DNA from: an uncultured Acidimicrobiia bacterium
GTDB lineage: Bacteria; Actinomycetota; Acidimicrobiia; Spongiisociales; UBA5794
Reading direction: 5' to 3'
DNA length: 64,000 nucleotides
Assembly: GCA_963714375.1 (NCBI GenBank)
Contig: CAVQOG010000006.1
Span: 223,603 to 287,602, forward strand
Positions 1 to 10,704 of this stretch are shown here, piece by piece (position 1 is the stretch's first letter; each line of letters starts with the position of its first letter). The position numbers were made by a program, and so were the translations under genes. The notes under the pieces were generated by a model. The model was given only the letters and a program-made list of their open reading frames with translations. It searched no databases and was not told the DNA's origin.

Positions 1-2131
1 GCGCTATGCGGTCCCGACCAGTCACCGATGACGATGCGTGGATGTTGGCGCCAACGTCCGAAAGCACCGCTGTGACGTCGCGCAGCAACCTTGGGCGATC
101 GAGCGCTTCGACCTGAATCCAGACGAAGAACGTTCCGGTCTGTTCTGAGGCCCAGGCAACGTCAACCATCCGTTCGGCTCCCCGGACGGTGAGGGATCCA
201 ATATTCGCGCAGTCTGCCCTGTGGACGCTGACGCCGCGACCAATCGTGACAAAGCCGACGATGTCGTCACCAGGCACCGGGCCACAGCACTTCGCCATCC
301 GTACGAGCATGTCCTCAAGACCCTCAACAATGACGTCACCGGCGAGGCGCTGCTTCCGCTTGTGTGGCGTTGGGAGACGTTCGGCCTGGACAGCCTCTGC
401 TGCATCGTCTGGTTTCAGCCTTCGTGAGAGCCTCTGCGCGACGGTCTGTGCACTGGTTCGGTGTTCCCCGACCGACATGTACATCGAATCGATGTCATCA
501 AACCCAAGTTCCGACGCGACCTTCGCGAGGTCGTCGTCAACCCCCTGGAGAGGCAGGGCGTGTTTGCGCAGGGCCGTCGTGACCGCATCTCGGCCCTCGG
601 TAAGAGCATTTTCCCTTCGCTCCCTCGAGAACCAACCACGAATCTTTGCAGCCGCCTTTGATGACTTTGTGAATTCCAACCAATCTCGTGAGGGGTGGGC
701 ATCTTGAGCCTTGGAAGTGATGATCTCCACGATGTCGCCGGATTCGAGTTCCGTGGAAAGTGGCACCAACCTGCCGTTGACACGAGCCCCGGCGCAGCGG
801 TGACCAACATCGGTATGCACGCGATACGCGAAGTCGACAGGAGTGGCACCCTTGGGGAGCGTCTTGACCTCTCCCTTCGGGGTAAGCGCGAACACCTCGT
901 CCTGGTACAGGTCGAGTTTGAGATTGTCGAGGAACTCCTGAGGATCTTCGGCGTCGTCCTGAATCTCACGGATGTTGGCCACCACGGGAAGCTCACCGGT
1001 ATCGCTTCCGTCGTCCTTGTAGCGCCAGTGGGCGGCGATACCGGCCTCGGCTCGGTCGTGCATCTCGGTCGTCCGAATCTGTACCTCGAGCGCTTTCCCA
1101 TCCGGCCCAACCACTGTCGTGTGGAGTGACTGATAGAAGTTGAACTTCGGCATCGCGATGTAGTCCTTGAACCGACCCTGAATCGGGGGCCACATCGTGT
1201 GCACGAGCCCGAGCACGCCATAGCAATCCCGCACATCGTCAACAATGATCCTGATGCCAATCAGGTCGTGGATGTCGCCGAACTCGAGCCCGGACGCGAC
1301 CATCTTGCGATAGATCGAATACAAGTGCTTTGGTCGACCCGTGACTGTCGCTTCGATTTCGGCGGCATCAATCTCCTCAGTGACGAGTTTGATGACATTC
1401 TCGATATAGCCCTCGCGCTCGGGCGAGCGTCTCCTCACCGCCTCTTCAAGCTCTGCCTTCGGTCCGGGGAACAGTATGCCAAAGCATGTCTCTTCCATCT
1501 CGTGTTTGATCTCTTGCATCCCAAGGCGATGGGCAAGCGGTGCATAGACATCGAGAGTTTCGGATGCAACCCGCCTCTGCTTCTCTTCGGGGAGGGGGGA
1601 AAGGGTTCTCACGTTGTGCATACGGTCCGCAAGTTTGATCACGAGAACTCGGATGTCCCGCGCCATCGCCACGGCCATCTTGCGGATCGTGGCGGCCTGG
1701 GCAACCTCGCGACTTGAGAACTTGATGCGGTCAAGCTTGGTGACGCCGTCGATGAGAAGTGCGACCTCATCCCCGAACTGTTCCGTCACCCCCTCGAGGG
1801 TCAGATCAGTGTCCTCAACCGTGTCGTGCATCAGGGCGGCGGCAAGGGTCGCCTCGTCCAGCCCGTAGTCGGCGAGGATCTCGGTTACCGCAATCGGGTG
1901 CACGATATAGGGGTCACCGGTTGCCCGCGTCTGACCCTTGTGCGACCGCGACGCGACGGCGTATGCCGCCTCGATCAAGGCTGTGTCGCTGCCCGGATGG
2001 GCTTCGAGGTAGGTCGCGAGCACGTCGCTCATCATCTGTTCGGGTGTGCGGCCCCGAACGGCAGGATCGACGAAACGAACCGCTGGGATTTGGGTTCCCT
2101 CGTCCGTTTCCGTATCTGTGGCGTGCACCAT
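1..2131 (-). CDS. relA: Bifunctional (p)ppGpp synthetase/hydrolase RelA/SpoT, partial (C-terminus beyond window start)
   Basis: Manual minus-strand translation from the ATG at 2131 gives MVHATDTETDE...HKGQTRATGDPYIVHPIAVTEILADYGLDEATLAAALMHDTVEDT (HD domain). It continues through ...DYIAMPKFNFYQSLHTTVVGPDGKALEVQIRT (synthetase) and ...GDIVEIITSKAQDAHPSRDW (TGS), then runs off position 1 with no stop. It is absent from the ORF track because there is no stop codon in the window. Confidence 0.9.
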   Translation of the reverse strand, partial: MVHATDTETDEGTQIPAVRFVDPAVRGRTPEQMMSDVLATYLEAHPGSDTALIEAAYAVASRSHKGQTRATGDPYIVHPIAVTEILADYGLDEATLAAALMHDTVEDTDLTLEGVTEQFGDEVALLIDGVTKLDRIKFSSREVAQAATIRKMAVAMARDIRVLVIKLADRMHNVRTLSPLPEEKQRRVASETLDVYAPLAHRLGMQEIKHEMEETCFGILFPGPKAELEEAVRRRSPEREGYIENVIKLVTEEIDAAEIEATVTGRPKHLYSIYRKMVASGLEFGDIHDLIGIRIIVDDVRDCYGVLGLVHTMWPPIQGRFKDYIAMPKFNFYQSLHTTVVGPDGKALEVQIRTTEMHDRAEAGIAAHWRYKDDGSDTGELPVVANIREIQDDAEDPQEFLDNLKLDLYQDEVFALTPKGEVKTLPKGATPVDFAYRVHTDVGHRCAGARVNGRLVPLSTELESGDIVEIITSKAQDAHPSRDWLEFTKSSKAAAKIRGWFSRERRENALTEGRDAVTTALRKHALPLQGVDDDLAKVASELGFDDIDSMYMSVGEHRTSAQTVAQRLSRRLKPDDAAEAVQAERLPTPHKRKQRLAGDVIVEGLEDMLVRMAKCCGPVPGDDIVGFVTIGRGVSVHRADCANIGSLTVRGAERMVDVAWASEQTGTFFVWIQVEALDRPRLLRDVTAVLSDVGANIHASSSVTGRDRIA

Positions 2132-2140
2132 CAGACAATG

Positions 2141-3211
2141 CTACCGACGTTTTCGCCTCTGCTTGGGAGGTCGGGCGGCAGCCACAGGAACATCAGATGG
2201 CGAAGCAGACTCGGCAACGTCGGCCTGGGTCACGACCACTGAGTCGCTTCCACGTTCCGCTCTCCGGCGTTGCCGTTCCCACTCGGGCTCCGATTCCTTC
2301 CATCGAGCGAGGATCGGAGCAGCGATGAAGATCGACGAATAGGTACCGATGGCGATGCCAATGAACAAGGCAAGCGCGAATTCCTTGAGTGTCTCACCGC
2401 CAATGGCGAGGACACCAACGAAGAGGAGCGAACCGACGGGGATGAGAGACGTCAATGATGTATTGATCGAACGCATCAGTACCTGGTTCATTGACAGATT
2501 CACGATCGCCGAGAAGGTCGTTTGGGTGTGGAGATAGTGCTCGTTCTCCTTGACCTTTTCATACACGACGACCGTGTCGTACAACGAGTAACCGAGAATC
2601 GTCAGCACCGCAATGACCGTTGCTGGGGTAACGACGAATCCGATCAGCGCGTACAAGCCACCGGTGATGATGAGATCATGGAAAAGCGCAGCGAGGGCAG
2701 CAACGGCCATCTTCCACTCGAACCGCCATGTGATGAACAGTGCCACCGCGATGAGGAATACGACGAGCGCCTTGATGGCTGCCTGTGTCACCTCGTCGCC
2801 AAACGTCGGGCCAACGGCCGAAAGGTTCGCTTCGTTGACATCGGCGCCGACAGCTTCCGCCACTGCCGCGACAAGGGCGTCTTGCTGGGTTGGGTCGTTG
2901 ATAGCCTCAGTTTGGACCGTGACCGTCGAGGGTTGCGAATCATCGAGGCCGTCATGGGACACTTGAACCCTGGCGTCTCCCTGTCCGATGTCTCGAAGAT
3001 CCGCTCGGATTTCCTCAACAGTTGCGTCATTTACGTTCGGAACGGTCACGATGACACCGCCGGTGAAATCGATCGAGAGATTGAACTGCAAGAAGATCAT
3101 CAACAGGATCGAAACAATGACAGCGCCGATCGACACCTTCATTGTTGTTCGTGAGACCTTGACGAAGTCGAAGTGGGTTTCCCCACGGTAGAGCCTGGTG
3201 ATCACATTCAT
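2141..3211 (-). CDS. secF: Protein translocase subunit SecF
   Basis: 356 aa multi-TM protein with the SecF family layout. Lies directly downstream of secD with a 4-nt overlap. Confidence 0.93.
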   Translation of the reverse strand: MNVITRLYRGETHFDFVKVSRTTMKVSIGAVIVSILLMIFLQFNLSIDFTGGVIVTVPNVNDATVEEIRADLRDIGQGDARVQVSHDGLDDSQPSTVTVQTEAINDPTQQDALVAAVAEAVGADVNEANLSAVGPTFGDEVTQAAIKALVVFLIAVALFITWRFEWKMAVAALAALFHDLIITGGLYALIGFVVTPATVIAVLTILGYSLYDTVVVYEKVKENEHYLHTQTTFSAIVNLSMNQVLMRSINTSLTSLIPVGSLLFVGVLAIGGETLKEFALALFIGIAIGTYSSIFIAAPILARWKESEPEWERQRRRAERGSDSVVVTQADVAESASPSDVPVAAARPPKQRRKRR

Positions 3212-4680
3212 GCGTCCACCTCTGCGAGTTCGGCGTCGTCGGGATCCATGGCGCCCTTGCCCATGGCACCCTTGATGGAGAACACACCGCCATCACCGAG
3301 AGGTCCCCTCCCAACGAGATACGTCATGGGGCGTGTGTAGAAGTAGGCGACAAAGATATCAATGACCGTGGCTATCCCCAATGTCAGCGCGAATCCCTTC
3401 ACCTGACCGATCGCAAGCATGTAAAGGAGTACTGCGCCAAGCAGGGTGACCGTGTCTCCCGTCAATATCGTGCGGTATGCCGACTCGAAGGCATGCGAGA
3501 TCGACGGCCGGAGACCTCTCCCCTTGCGATTCTCCTCTTTGATCCGTTCGAAGTAGACGATGTAGGAATCCAAGGTGATACCGATGGACACGATGACACC
3601 GGTCACGCCCGCAAGCGTGAGCGTTGTGCCCTGGGTCTGACCGAGGAGGATGATCACGGAGATGAGGAGGGAACCGAATACGGTCAACCCGATAAACGAC
3701 ACGATGCCGAGGGAGCGGTAGTAGATCAACATGTACCCGGCAACGAGAATCAATCCAACGAGACCTGCGAACAATCCTGCCTTGAGCGACTCCTCACCGA
3801 GCGTTGCCGACACCGACTCGACGCGCTCGCGTTCGAATGTCGTTGGAAGGGCACCGTAGCGCAGGATGGCAGCGAGGTCCTCGGCTTCTTGTTGAGCTTC
3901 GCCCGATGTTCCCACGGTGATGATGACGGAATTCGGATCAAGCCCTTCCGCTGGGCTGACATCCTCAGCAACAGCAGGTGCCGAGAACACGACACCATCG
4001 ACAACGATGGCAAGCTGCCGTCGAGGATCACCAGACGGGTAGCTCGCGAGGATCTTTGTTGCATCTCGGAACTTCTCGCCGCCTTCCGCGGTGAATTCGG
4101 GGACGACAACCCACTGCCCCGAAACTCCACCTTGCGAGAACTGCACCTGGGCGTCTGTGATGTCTGCCCCGGTAAGGAAGGCTGCGTCCACGTCATAGAC
4201 GAAGAGCTCGTCCTGATCGTACAGATAGGCGCGCATGGTGACGTCGTCCACCATCGTGATCCCCGTCACCGGGTCGAGACCATCAGGGTGGTCCCCGTCG
4301 GGATCTTCCAACGCTGGGCTTACCAGGTATTCGCCATTGACAGGACGGAAGGAGAGTTCACCCGTTGTACCAACGGCCTGGAGCGCACGATCTCGATCTG
4401 TCACCCCGGGGAGCTGTACCACGATCGCCCGATCGCCAACGACGGCGATCTCGGGTTCTTGCACCCCGCCGAGATTCTCAATACGCCTCCGCATGATCTC
4501 AGCTGCGGTATTGAGCGTGCTCGCTTCGGTGCCTTCGGGAGCGACAAGGGTGACAGCGAATCCACCCTGGAGGTCGAGTCCAAGCTTGGGAGCCCAACCG
4601 ACTGCGAGCATTGCGGCAAGGGAACCCCACGCGATACCAACCGTGATGAGGAGCGTGACAATCGCCCGACGCTTACTCAC
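3208..4680 (-). CDS. secD: Protein translocase subunit SecD
   Basis: 490 aa. N-terminal TM, large periplasmic domain and C-terminal 5-TM bundle (…LAGVTGVIVSIGITLDSYIVYFERIKEE…). Sits between yajC and secF in the conserved order. Confidence 0.93.
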   Translation of the reverse strand: MSKRRAIVTLLITVGIAWGSLAAMLAVGWAPKLGLDLQGGFAVTLVAPEGTEASTLNTAAEIMRRRIENLGGVQEPEIAVVGDRAIVVQLPGVTDRDRALQAVGTTGELSFRPVNGEYLVSPALEDPDGDHPDGLDPVTGITMVDDVTMRAYLYDQDELFVYDVDAAFLTGADITDAQVQFSQGGVSGQWVVVPEFTAEGGEKFRDATKILASYPSGDPRRQLAIVVDGVVFSAPAVAEDVSPAEGLDPNSVIITVGTSGEAQQEAEDLAAILRYGALPTTFERERVESVSATLGEESLKAGLFAGLVGLILVAGYMLIYYRSLGIVSFIGLTVFGSLLISVIILLGQTQGTTLTLAGVTGVIVSIGITLDSYIVYFERIKEENRKGRGLRPSISHAFESAYRTILTGDTVTLLGAVLLYMLAIGQVKGFALTLGIATVIDIFVAYFYTRPMTYLVGRGPLGDGGVFSIKGAMGKGAMDPDDAELAEVDA

Positions 4681-5021
4681 TATTCGCTGTCCTCATCTGG
4701 CTGGGGTGGATTGATCATCTCGGCCACGGCGCGTTTGACAACGCGCATCGTCGAACCACCCAAATCGAGGGTGAACGTCTCATCGTCCTCATCAACGATG
4801 GTCCCAACGATGCCTCCAATGGTTCGCACCTCGTCACCAACACCCATTGCTGCCTGCATCAGCTTGGCCTTCTTCTGCCTTCTGCGTTGCGGCATGAGAA
4901 TGAAGATGTAGAAGAGGCCTCCAAGAATGAGGAAGGGAAAGAGGAATGCGAGTGCCGACGATCCGCCCGTGGTCTCGGCCTCGGTCGCAAGGACCTGGGC
5001 TACGGTGAGGGCTGCAATCAC
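4680..5021 (-). CDS. yajC: Preprotein translocase subunit YajC
   Basis: 113 aa with a single TM; the LILGGLFYIFILMPQRRRQKKAKLMQAAMGVGDEVRTIGGIVGTI motif is typical of YajC. Confidence 0.9.
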   Translation of the reverse strand: MIAALTVAQVLATEAETTGGSSALAFLFPFLILGGLFYIFILMPQRRRQKKAKLMQAAMGVGDEVRTIGGIVGTIVDEDDETFTLDLGGSTMRVVKRAVAEMINPPQPDEDSE

Positions 5022-5084
5022 GACGGTGCCTCCATGGGGGTTTCAAGTTCGGGGTTCGGGTGTTCGCGGCGGAACGCTGCAACA

Positions 5085-6206
5085 CTAATGACGGCTCCGC
5101 TCAATTCCACTCTTGCGCCGTTCGAGGACTTCGTCTCGGAATGCAGCGAACGATCCGTCTTTGATCGAGTGTCGGATATCTCCCATGAGCCGATAGGTGT
5201 ACGTCAGATTGTGCAGGGTCAATAGTCGTTGACCCGTCAATTCACCTGTCCGGTTCAGGTGCCGAAGGTATCCCCGTGAGTATCTGCGACAGGTGACACA
5301 CGGACAGTCGGCTTCGATCGGGCTGGCGTCGTCGGACCATTCCGCACGTTTGATCGAGATGTCCCCCTCGCGGGTCAGCGCCTTCCCGTGGCGAGCAAGA
5401 CGTGTTGGCAGGACGCAGTCGAAAAGGTCGACACCCTGGGCAACGGCGTCAAGGATTCCCTCGGTATCGCCGAGGCCCATCACGTAGCGCACAGCATCGG
5501 TCGGGAGATGCTCGATGCATGGGGCGATCGCTCTGGACCTCTCGATTCGGCTCTCGCCAACTGCAAGGCCTCCGATACCGAATCCGGGGAACCCAATCTG
5601 TGCCGTTTCCCTCGCAGAGGTTGCCCTGAGCTCAGGATCAGCTCCACCTTGGACAATCCCGAACAACGCTCGATCGTCCCGACGCTTCGCAGATTTGGAG
5701 CGCTCTGCCCAGCGCAACGTGTGGTGCATTGCCCGCTCAGCAACGGACCGTTCTGCCGGAAGAGGGACCGGAATGTCGAGCATCATCGCAATGTCAGAGC
5801 CGAGCGCCTCCTGCACGGCAATGGATCGTTCGGGAGAAAGCTCAACCGTGGAGCCGTCGTATGACGACTTGAAAAGCAGAGCATCTTCCGTCACCTTCGG
5901 ATTCAGCGAAAGGACCTGAAAGCCGCCGGAATCAGTGAGGATCGGCTTGTCCCATGCCATGAACCCGTGAAGTTCGCCGAGTTGATACACGATCTCGTCA
6001 CCGGGACGCAACATGAGGTGATACGTGTTGGCGAGCACGATCTGCGCTTCGAGGCGTTCAAGATCCTCGGTGTCGATGGTCTTGACCGTTGCTCGGGTTC
6101 CCACGGCCATGAAGCTGGGAGTCGAAACGTCGCCATGGGGCGTTGTCATCGTCCCGGTTCTTGCGTCGGCGTCAGCCGAGACTCCCTGCCACGTCACGGC
6201 ACTCAT
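5085..6206 (-). CDS. tgt: Queuine tRNA-ribosyltransferase
   Basis: ARTGTMTTPHGDVSTPSFMAVGT...LANTYHLMLRPG...DSGGFQV... are Tgt hallmarks. I place the start at the internal ATG (MSAVTW...), which forms an ATGA overlap with the queA stop; the track ORF starts 84 nt further upstream. Confidence 0.88.
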   Translation of the reverse strand: MSAVTWQGVSADADARTGTMTTPHGDVSTPSFMAVGTRATVKTIDTEDLERLEAQIVLANTYHLMLRPGDEIVYQLGELHGFMAWDKPILTDSGGFQVLSLNPKVTEDALLFKSSYDGSTVELSPERSIAVQEALGSDIAMMLDIPVPLPAERSVAERAMHHTLRWAERSKSAKRRDDRALFGIVQGGADPELRATSARETAQIGFPGFGIGGLAVGESRIERSRAIAPCIEHLPTDAVRYVMGLGDTEGILDAVAQGVDLFDCVLPTRLARHGKALTREGDISIKRAEWSDDASPIEADCPCVTCRRYSRGYLRHLNRTGELTGQRLLTLHNLTYTYRLMGDIRHSIKDGSFAAFRDEVLERRKSGIERSRH

Positions 6207-7228
6207 CGTGCTACCTCGATGAACATCGCATCTCCGAACGAAAGGAACCGATACCCCGCATCCAACGCATGTTGGTACACCTCGCGCCATCGATCGCCGA
6301 GCAAGGATGCAATCAGCACAAGCAAGGTGGTCGACGGAGCATGGAAGTTCGTGACGACCGCATCAACCACTCTGGGTCGGTATCCCGGAATAATGAACAG
6401 ATCAGTTGGACCAGAGAACGGTACAACCAGCCGACCATCAGTGGCTGCCGATTCAAGCGATCGGACCACGGTTGTGCCCACGGCGACAACCCTCTTACCG
6501 TGCGACCTCGCGAGCGCTACAGCACTCACGGTTTCGGGAGGGACGCTGACATGCTCCGTGTGTATCCGGTGATCCTCGACGATTCCCGTTCCGTCGGTTC
6601 CTCGGTCCATCGGCCGAAAGGTATCGAGACCAACTTCGAGATCTACCCGTGCTGTACCAACTCCCATGGATTCAAGTTCGGTCATCAGCGCTGGAGTGAA
6701 GTGGAGGGCAGCAGTCGGAGCTGCCGACGACCCAACCGTGGTCGCGAACATCGTCTGATACCGGTCAGGGTTGACAAGCTCTCCGTGGAAGTATGGCGGA
6801 AGGGGTATGACGCCGTGCTGGTCGATTGCATGCTCCGCATCTTCGGGGGTGTCGAGCGACACCGTCGCGATCCCGTCCCGTGGATCGGAAAGCAGCGTGA
6901 CAGCGATTGAGCCGACGGTGATCGTGGACCCTCTCGCGACCTTCCTCGAAGGCCGAATCATGGCCTGCCAACGAACAGGATCCATTCGACGCGTGAGCAG
7001 TACTTCGGTGCGTCCGCCGGTTTCCCTGGTTCCAACCAGTCGTGCGGCGCGTACCTTGGTTTCGTTGACAACCAGGAGGTCTCCGGGATTGAGCAGCGTC
7101 GGGAGGTCGCTGAATACCAGGTCTCGCATGGTCGACGTATCAAGAAGACGTGAGCTGTCCCGAGGCTCGATCGCTTCCTGCGCGATCGCTGCATTCGGTA
7201 GGTCGTACGAGAAGTCGTCAACAAGCAT
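6203..7228 (-). CDS. queA: S-adenosylmethionine:tRNA ribosyltransferase-isomerase
   Basis: 341 aa; MLVDDFSYDLPNAAIAQEAIEPRDSSRLL... is a typical QueA N-terminus. Adjacent to tgt. Confidence 0.9.
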   Translation of the reverse strand: MLVDDFSYDLPNAAIAQEAIEPRDSSRLLDTSTMRDLVFSDLPTLLNPGDLLVVNETKVRAARLVGTRETGGRTEVLLTRRMDPVRWQAMIRPSRKVARGSTITVGSIAVTLLSDPRDGIATVSLDTPEDAEHAIDQHGVIPLPPYFHGELVNPDRYQTMFATTVGSSAAPTAALHFTPALMTELESMGVGTARVDLEVGLDTFRPMDRGTDGTGIVEDHRIHTEHVSVPPETVSAVALARSHGKRVVAVGTTVVRSLESAATDGRLVVPFSGPTDLFIIPGYRPRVVDAVVTNFHAPSTTLLVLIASLLGDRWREVYQHALDAGYRFLSFGDAMFIEVAR

Positions 7229-7252
7229 CAGGCAAGCGTACGGCCAGTACCG

Positions 7253-8287
7253 CTAGAGCAGTGTTCCCTGATCAGTGGATGCTACCGACCGAGGCGGTTC
7301 CATACCGAGGTGCCGGTAGCCGCCTTCGGTCGCGATTCGGCCACGTGGCGTTCGCTGAAGGAATCCTTCGAGAATGAGGAAAGGCTCATAGGCGTCTTCC
7401 ACGGTCTCTGGATCCTCGCCGACCGCTATTGCAAGTGTGGAGAGTCCCACCGGCCCCCCGCCAAACTTCACAATGATCGATTCGAGGATCGAGCGATCGA
7501 CCTTGTCCAGTCCAGCCTCATCAACCTCAAAAGTCTCCAGGGCAACATCTGCGATACCAGCGGTGACGACACCATCAGCGCGTACAGCCGCGTAGTCCCG
7601 GACACGGCGCAAGAGGCGGTTCGCTATGCGCGGGGTTCCTCTACTCCGACGAGCTATCGCATGACATCCTGCAGCATCGGTCTCACACCCGAGAAGATGT
7701 GACGATCGCTCCACGATGGCCGCAAGATCGTCTGATCCGTAGTAGTCGAGTCGTGCGACATAGCCGAACCGATCTCGCAGCGGAGGTGCCACCCGACCGA
7801 CGCGCGTCGTGGCCCCGATCAGTGTGAACTCAGGTAGGTCGATCTTGATCGAGCTTGCCGCCGGTCCCTTGCCAACGACGATGTCGAGTTGACGATCCTC
7901 CATTGCTGGGTACATAACCTCCTCAACCTGGCGAGGAAGGCGGTGGATCTCATCGATGAAGAGGACATCTCCAGGTTGCAGGTTGGTAAGCACGGCTGCG
8001 AGGTCACCCGGTCGGTCAAGGGCTGGTCCCGAAGTCGATCGAAATGCTGCGCCCATCTCAGCGGCGACGATGGCGGCCAGGCTCGTCTTGCCGAGTCCGG
8101 GGGGCCCGGAAAAAAGAATGTGGTCAACAGCTTCGCCGCGCCCCGATGCCGCCTCGATCAGTATTGAAAGGCGTTCCTTGAGCGATTCCTGTCCGACGAA
8201 TTCGTCGAGCCGGCGCGGCCGCAGCCCGATCTCAATGGCAACGTCCTCTTCGGTCTGCGCTGTTGCAAGGAGCCCGTCTTCTCTCAT
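7253..8287 (-). CDS. ruvB: Holliday junction branch migration ATPase RuvB
   Basis: Walker [12 protein letters not shown], an AAA+ fold and the RuvB C-terminal winged helix. Overlaps ruvA by 4 nt. Confidence 0.95.
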   Translation of the reverse strand: MREDGLLATAQTEEDVAIEIGLRPRRLDEFVGQESLKERLSILIEAASGRGEAVDHILFSGPPGLGKTSLAAIVAAEMGAAFRSTSGPALDRPGDLAAVLTNLQPGDVLFIDEIHRLPRQVEEVMYPAMEDRQLDIVVGKGPAASSIKIDLPEFTLIGATTRVGRVAPPLRDRFGYVARLDYYGSDDLAAIVERSSHLLGCETDAAGCHAIARRSRGTPRIANRLLRRVRDYAAVRADGVVTAGIADVALETFEVDEAGLDKVDRSILESIIVKFGGGPVGLSTLAIAVGEDPETVEDAYEPFLILEGFLQRTPRGRIATEGGYRHLGMEPPRSVASTDQGTLL

Positions 8288-8859
8288 GATCGGTTCTTCC
8301 CGAGTTCCTGGAGCGACCGCTTGACGAGGTCCTCCACCGGGAGATCTGCCGAGAGCGACCCAAGGACTCCGCGGATTTCATCCGGTGCATATCCGAGGTT
8401 CTCAAGGGCAGCACGCGCATCGCTCATGGGGCCAGACGCTATGTTCGTTTCACTGAAGGAATCCAGCTTGGCCTGCAACTCCAGCATCAGTTTGTCTGCA
8501 CTCCGTTTCCCGATACCGGGAACGACTGTCAGCGCGGCGGTATCTCCCGCAAGGACAGCGCGATGGAGGTCAGGTGGCGAGAGCGTTGCCGAGATAGCGA
8601 GCGCGACCTTCGGTCCGACGCCCGAAACACCGAGCAACAGTTGGAACAGATCACGCTCCTCAGTGGTCAGAAAGCCGTAGAAGGCGAGCTGGTCCTCGCG
8701 CACATGCAAATGGGTATGGAGAACTGCGTCTTCACCGAGCGAAGGCAATTCTGCAAGGGTGCGAGGCGTTACCGCGACGTTGTACCCCACGCCGCCAACG
8801 TCGATGATCACGGTTTCGGTATCTCTGTGCGCTATCGAACCGCGGAGTCTGCCGATCAT
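8284..8859 (-). CDS. ruvA: Holliday junction DNA helicase RuvA
   Basis: 191 aa; [26 protein letters not shown]... followed by HhH motifs. Position within ruvCAB. Confidence 0.93.
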   Translation of the reverse strand: MIGRLRGSIAHRDTETVIIDVGGVGYNVAVTPRTLAELPSLGEDAVLHTHLHVREDQLAFYGFLTTEERDLFQLLLGVSGVGPKVALAISATLSPPDLHRAVLAGDTAALTVVPGIGKRSADKLMLELQAKLDSFSETNIASGPMSDARAALENLGYAPDEIRGVLGSLSADLPVEDLVKRSLQELGKNRS

Positions 8860-9350
8860 CGGGCAACCGCCTGTGCGAGGGGTCCGAGGTGCTGGACGTG
8901 GCAGAGCGCGATTCCCAATGCGTCAGCGGCATCTATCGACCCTTGGATCTTTCCCATGCCGAGGCGCATATGCAAGACAGCCTCGATCTGTGCCTTGTCT
9001 GCGCTACCGGAACCTGTGACGGTCAGTTTCATCTGGGATGGAGAGTATTCGGCGACAGCGAGTCCGCGATCAGCAATCGTCGCCATCACGACACCGGAGG
9101 CACGGGCGACGGCCATCGCCGTCCCGCGGTTTCGGTTTACGAATACCTGTTCAATCGCCGCGGATTCAATCGGATAGTCGTCGAGGACACCTTCAATGTC
9201 GTGGCGGAGCTCAAGGAGCCGCATGGCATCGTCGATTCTCGGATCGGTCGTGATGACACCAGCTGCCACAGCTCGACTCTTTCCGGAGACCGATTCGACG
9301 ACTCCGTAACCTGTACGGGTCAGTCCGGGGTCAATTCCCAAAACGAACAT
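8856..9350 (-). CDS. ruvC: Crossover junction endodeoxyribonuclease RuvC
   Basis: 164 aa; MFVLGIDPGLTRTGYGVV... RNase-H-like RuvC N-terminus. Confidence 0.93.
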   Translation of the reverse strand: MFVLGIDPGLTRTGYGVVESVSGKSRAVAAGVITTDPRIDDAMRLLELRHDIEGVLDDYPIESAAIEQVFVNRNRGTAMAVARASGVVMATIADRGLAVAEYSPSQMKLTVTGSGSADKAQIEAVLHMRLGMGKIQGSIDAADALGIALCHVQHLGPLAQAVAR

Positions 9351-9364
9351 ATGTTCGCATGCTA

Positions 9365-10117
9365 CTAGGGAGTCGCTTCCTTCTCAAGCATCGCAAAAAC
9401 CTCATCGGGGATGTCGAAGTTCGCAAAGACGGCCTGGACATCATCTAGGTCTTCAAGGGCGTCAACGAGACGTAGAACCCTTGGGGCCATCTTGGCACCG
9501 ACCGGCACCGAGATCGAAGGAAGGTATGTCACGTCACCTGAGTCAATATGGATTTCAGCATTCTCAAGCGCCGTCCGCACGGTCTGAAGATCCCCTGGCG
9601 GACATACGATCTCCCACTGGTCATCAGAGGGGTTCACGTCGTCGGCTCCCCCTTCGAGAGCTGCCAGCATCACGGTGTCCTCATCGCCGGTGACAACCAG
9701 GAGCCCTCGCTGCTCAAAGAGGTAGCCAACCGAGCCTGGCTCTCCGAGATTGCCGTCATTCTTCGTAAACGCCGACCGCACATCTGAGGCGGCCCGGTTG
9801 CGGTTGTCCGTCAAGATCTGGACATAGATCGCGACGCCACCTGGTCCGTAGCCCTCATAGAACGTCTCGATGTAATCGACCCCATCAACGTCTCCTGCTC
9901 CCCGGGCAACGGCTCGGTCGATGTTGTCCTTGGGGACCGAGTTGTCCTTTGCCTTTTGTACAGCGGTAACAAGTGTTGGATTTGCCGACAGATCGGCACC
10001 ACCATTGCGTGCGGCCGATTCAATGCTCTTGATGAGTTTGGCGAACAGCTTGCCCCGTTTGGCATCCTGACGGCCCTTGCGGTGCTTGATGTTCGCCCAC
10101 TTGGAATGTCCTGCCAC
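9365..10117 (-). CDS. yebC: YebC/PmpR family DNA-binding transcriptional regulator
   Basis: MAGHSKWANIKHRKGRQDAKRGKLFAKLIKSI is the conserved N-terminus. Start placed at a GTG with a GGAG Shine-Dalgarno (SD) upstream, overlapping the TAG stop of pdxT by 1 nt. The track ORF has a 59-aa Arg-rich extension that I reject. Confidence 0.85.
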   Translation of the reverse strand: MAGHSKWANIKHRKGRQDAKRGKLFAKLIKSIESAARNGGADLSANPTLVTAVQKAKDNSVPKDNIDRAVARGAGDVDGVDYIETFYEGYGPGGVAIYVQILTDNRNRAASDVRSAFTKNDGNLGEPGSVGYLFEQRGLLVVTGDEDTVMLAALEGGADDVNPSDDQWEIVCPPGDLQTVRTALENAEIHIDSGDVTYLPSISVPVGAKMAPRVLRLVDALEDLDDVQAVFANFDIPDEVFAMLEKEATP

Positions 10118-10704
10118 TATCGGTTCTCCTCGACGAGCCCTACCAGCATTGCATGGAGGCGATCGTCGCTCGTCAGCTCTGGATGGAACGCGGCGGCAAG
10201 GATACGACCCTGACGCACCAATACCGGATGCTCGCGACCGTCGGTTCCCGTCACGGAGGCAAGAACGTCGACGTCCCCCCCGAGCTTCTCGATCCATGGG
10301 GCTCTGATGAACACAGCGTGCATCGGCTCATCGAGACCAGCAACCACAAGATCGGCTTCGAAAGAGTCGACCTGGCGCCCGAAGGCGTTTCGTTCCACCG
10401 TCGCGTCGAGGAGACCGAGCTGGGGCTGATCGTGGCCAACGGTGCTCGATGCCAGAAAGATCATTCCCGCACAGGTCCCGAGGATGGGCATTCCATCGCG
10501 TCCACGCTTTCGGATCGGCTCGATCAGCCCGAACATGGTGGCAAGCCGCCCAATGGTCGTGGATTCACCACCGGGAATGATGAGTGCATCAACGGATGCA
10601 AGTTCCTCGGGGGTGCGGACCTCGATTCCGTCCACTCCGAGGGAATCGACCATGGCAAGGTGTTCTCGGAAATCTCCCTGCAGCGCAAGGACCCCGATTT
10701 TCAT
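10117..10704 (-). CDS. pdxT: Pyridoxal 5'-phosphate synthase glutaminase subunit PdxT
   Basis: 195 aa; [23 protein letters not shown]... class I glutamine amidotransferase with the catalytic GTCAGMI. Confidence 0.92.
   Translation of the reverse strand: MKIGVLALQGDFREHLAMVDSLGVDGIEVRTPEELASVDALIIPGGESTTIGRLATMFGLIEPIRKRGRDGMPILGTCAGMIFLASSTVGHDQPQLGLLDATVERNAFGRQVDSFEADLVVAGLDEPMHAVFIRAPWIEKLGGDVDVLASVTGTDGREHPVLVRQGRILAAAFHPELTSDDRLHAMLVGLVEENR

Noticed and set aside
3493-4911. 472-aa plus-strand ORF antisense to secD/yajC, and many similar long antisense or out-of-frame ORFs (e.g. 415-1260, 34853-36178, 35118-35894, 49451-50263, 22771-23622, 30592-31755)
   Set aside because: They are Arg/Ser/Pro-rich, low-complexity translations typical of the non-coding frames of high-GC genes, and they overlap well-supported genes.
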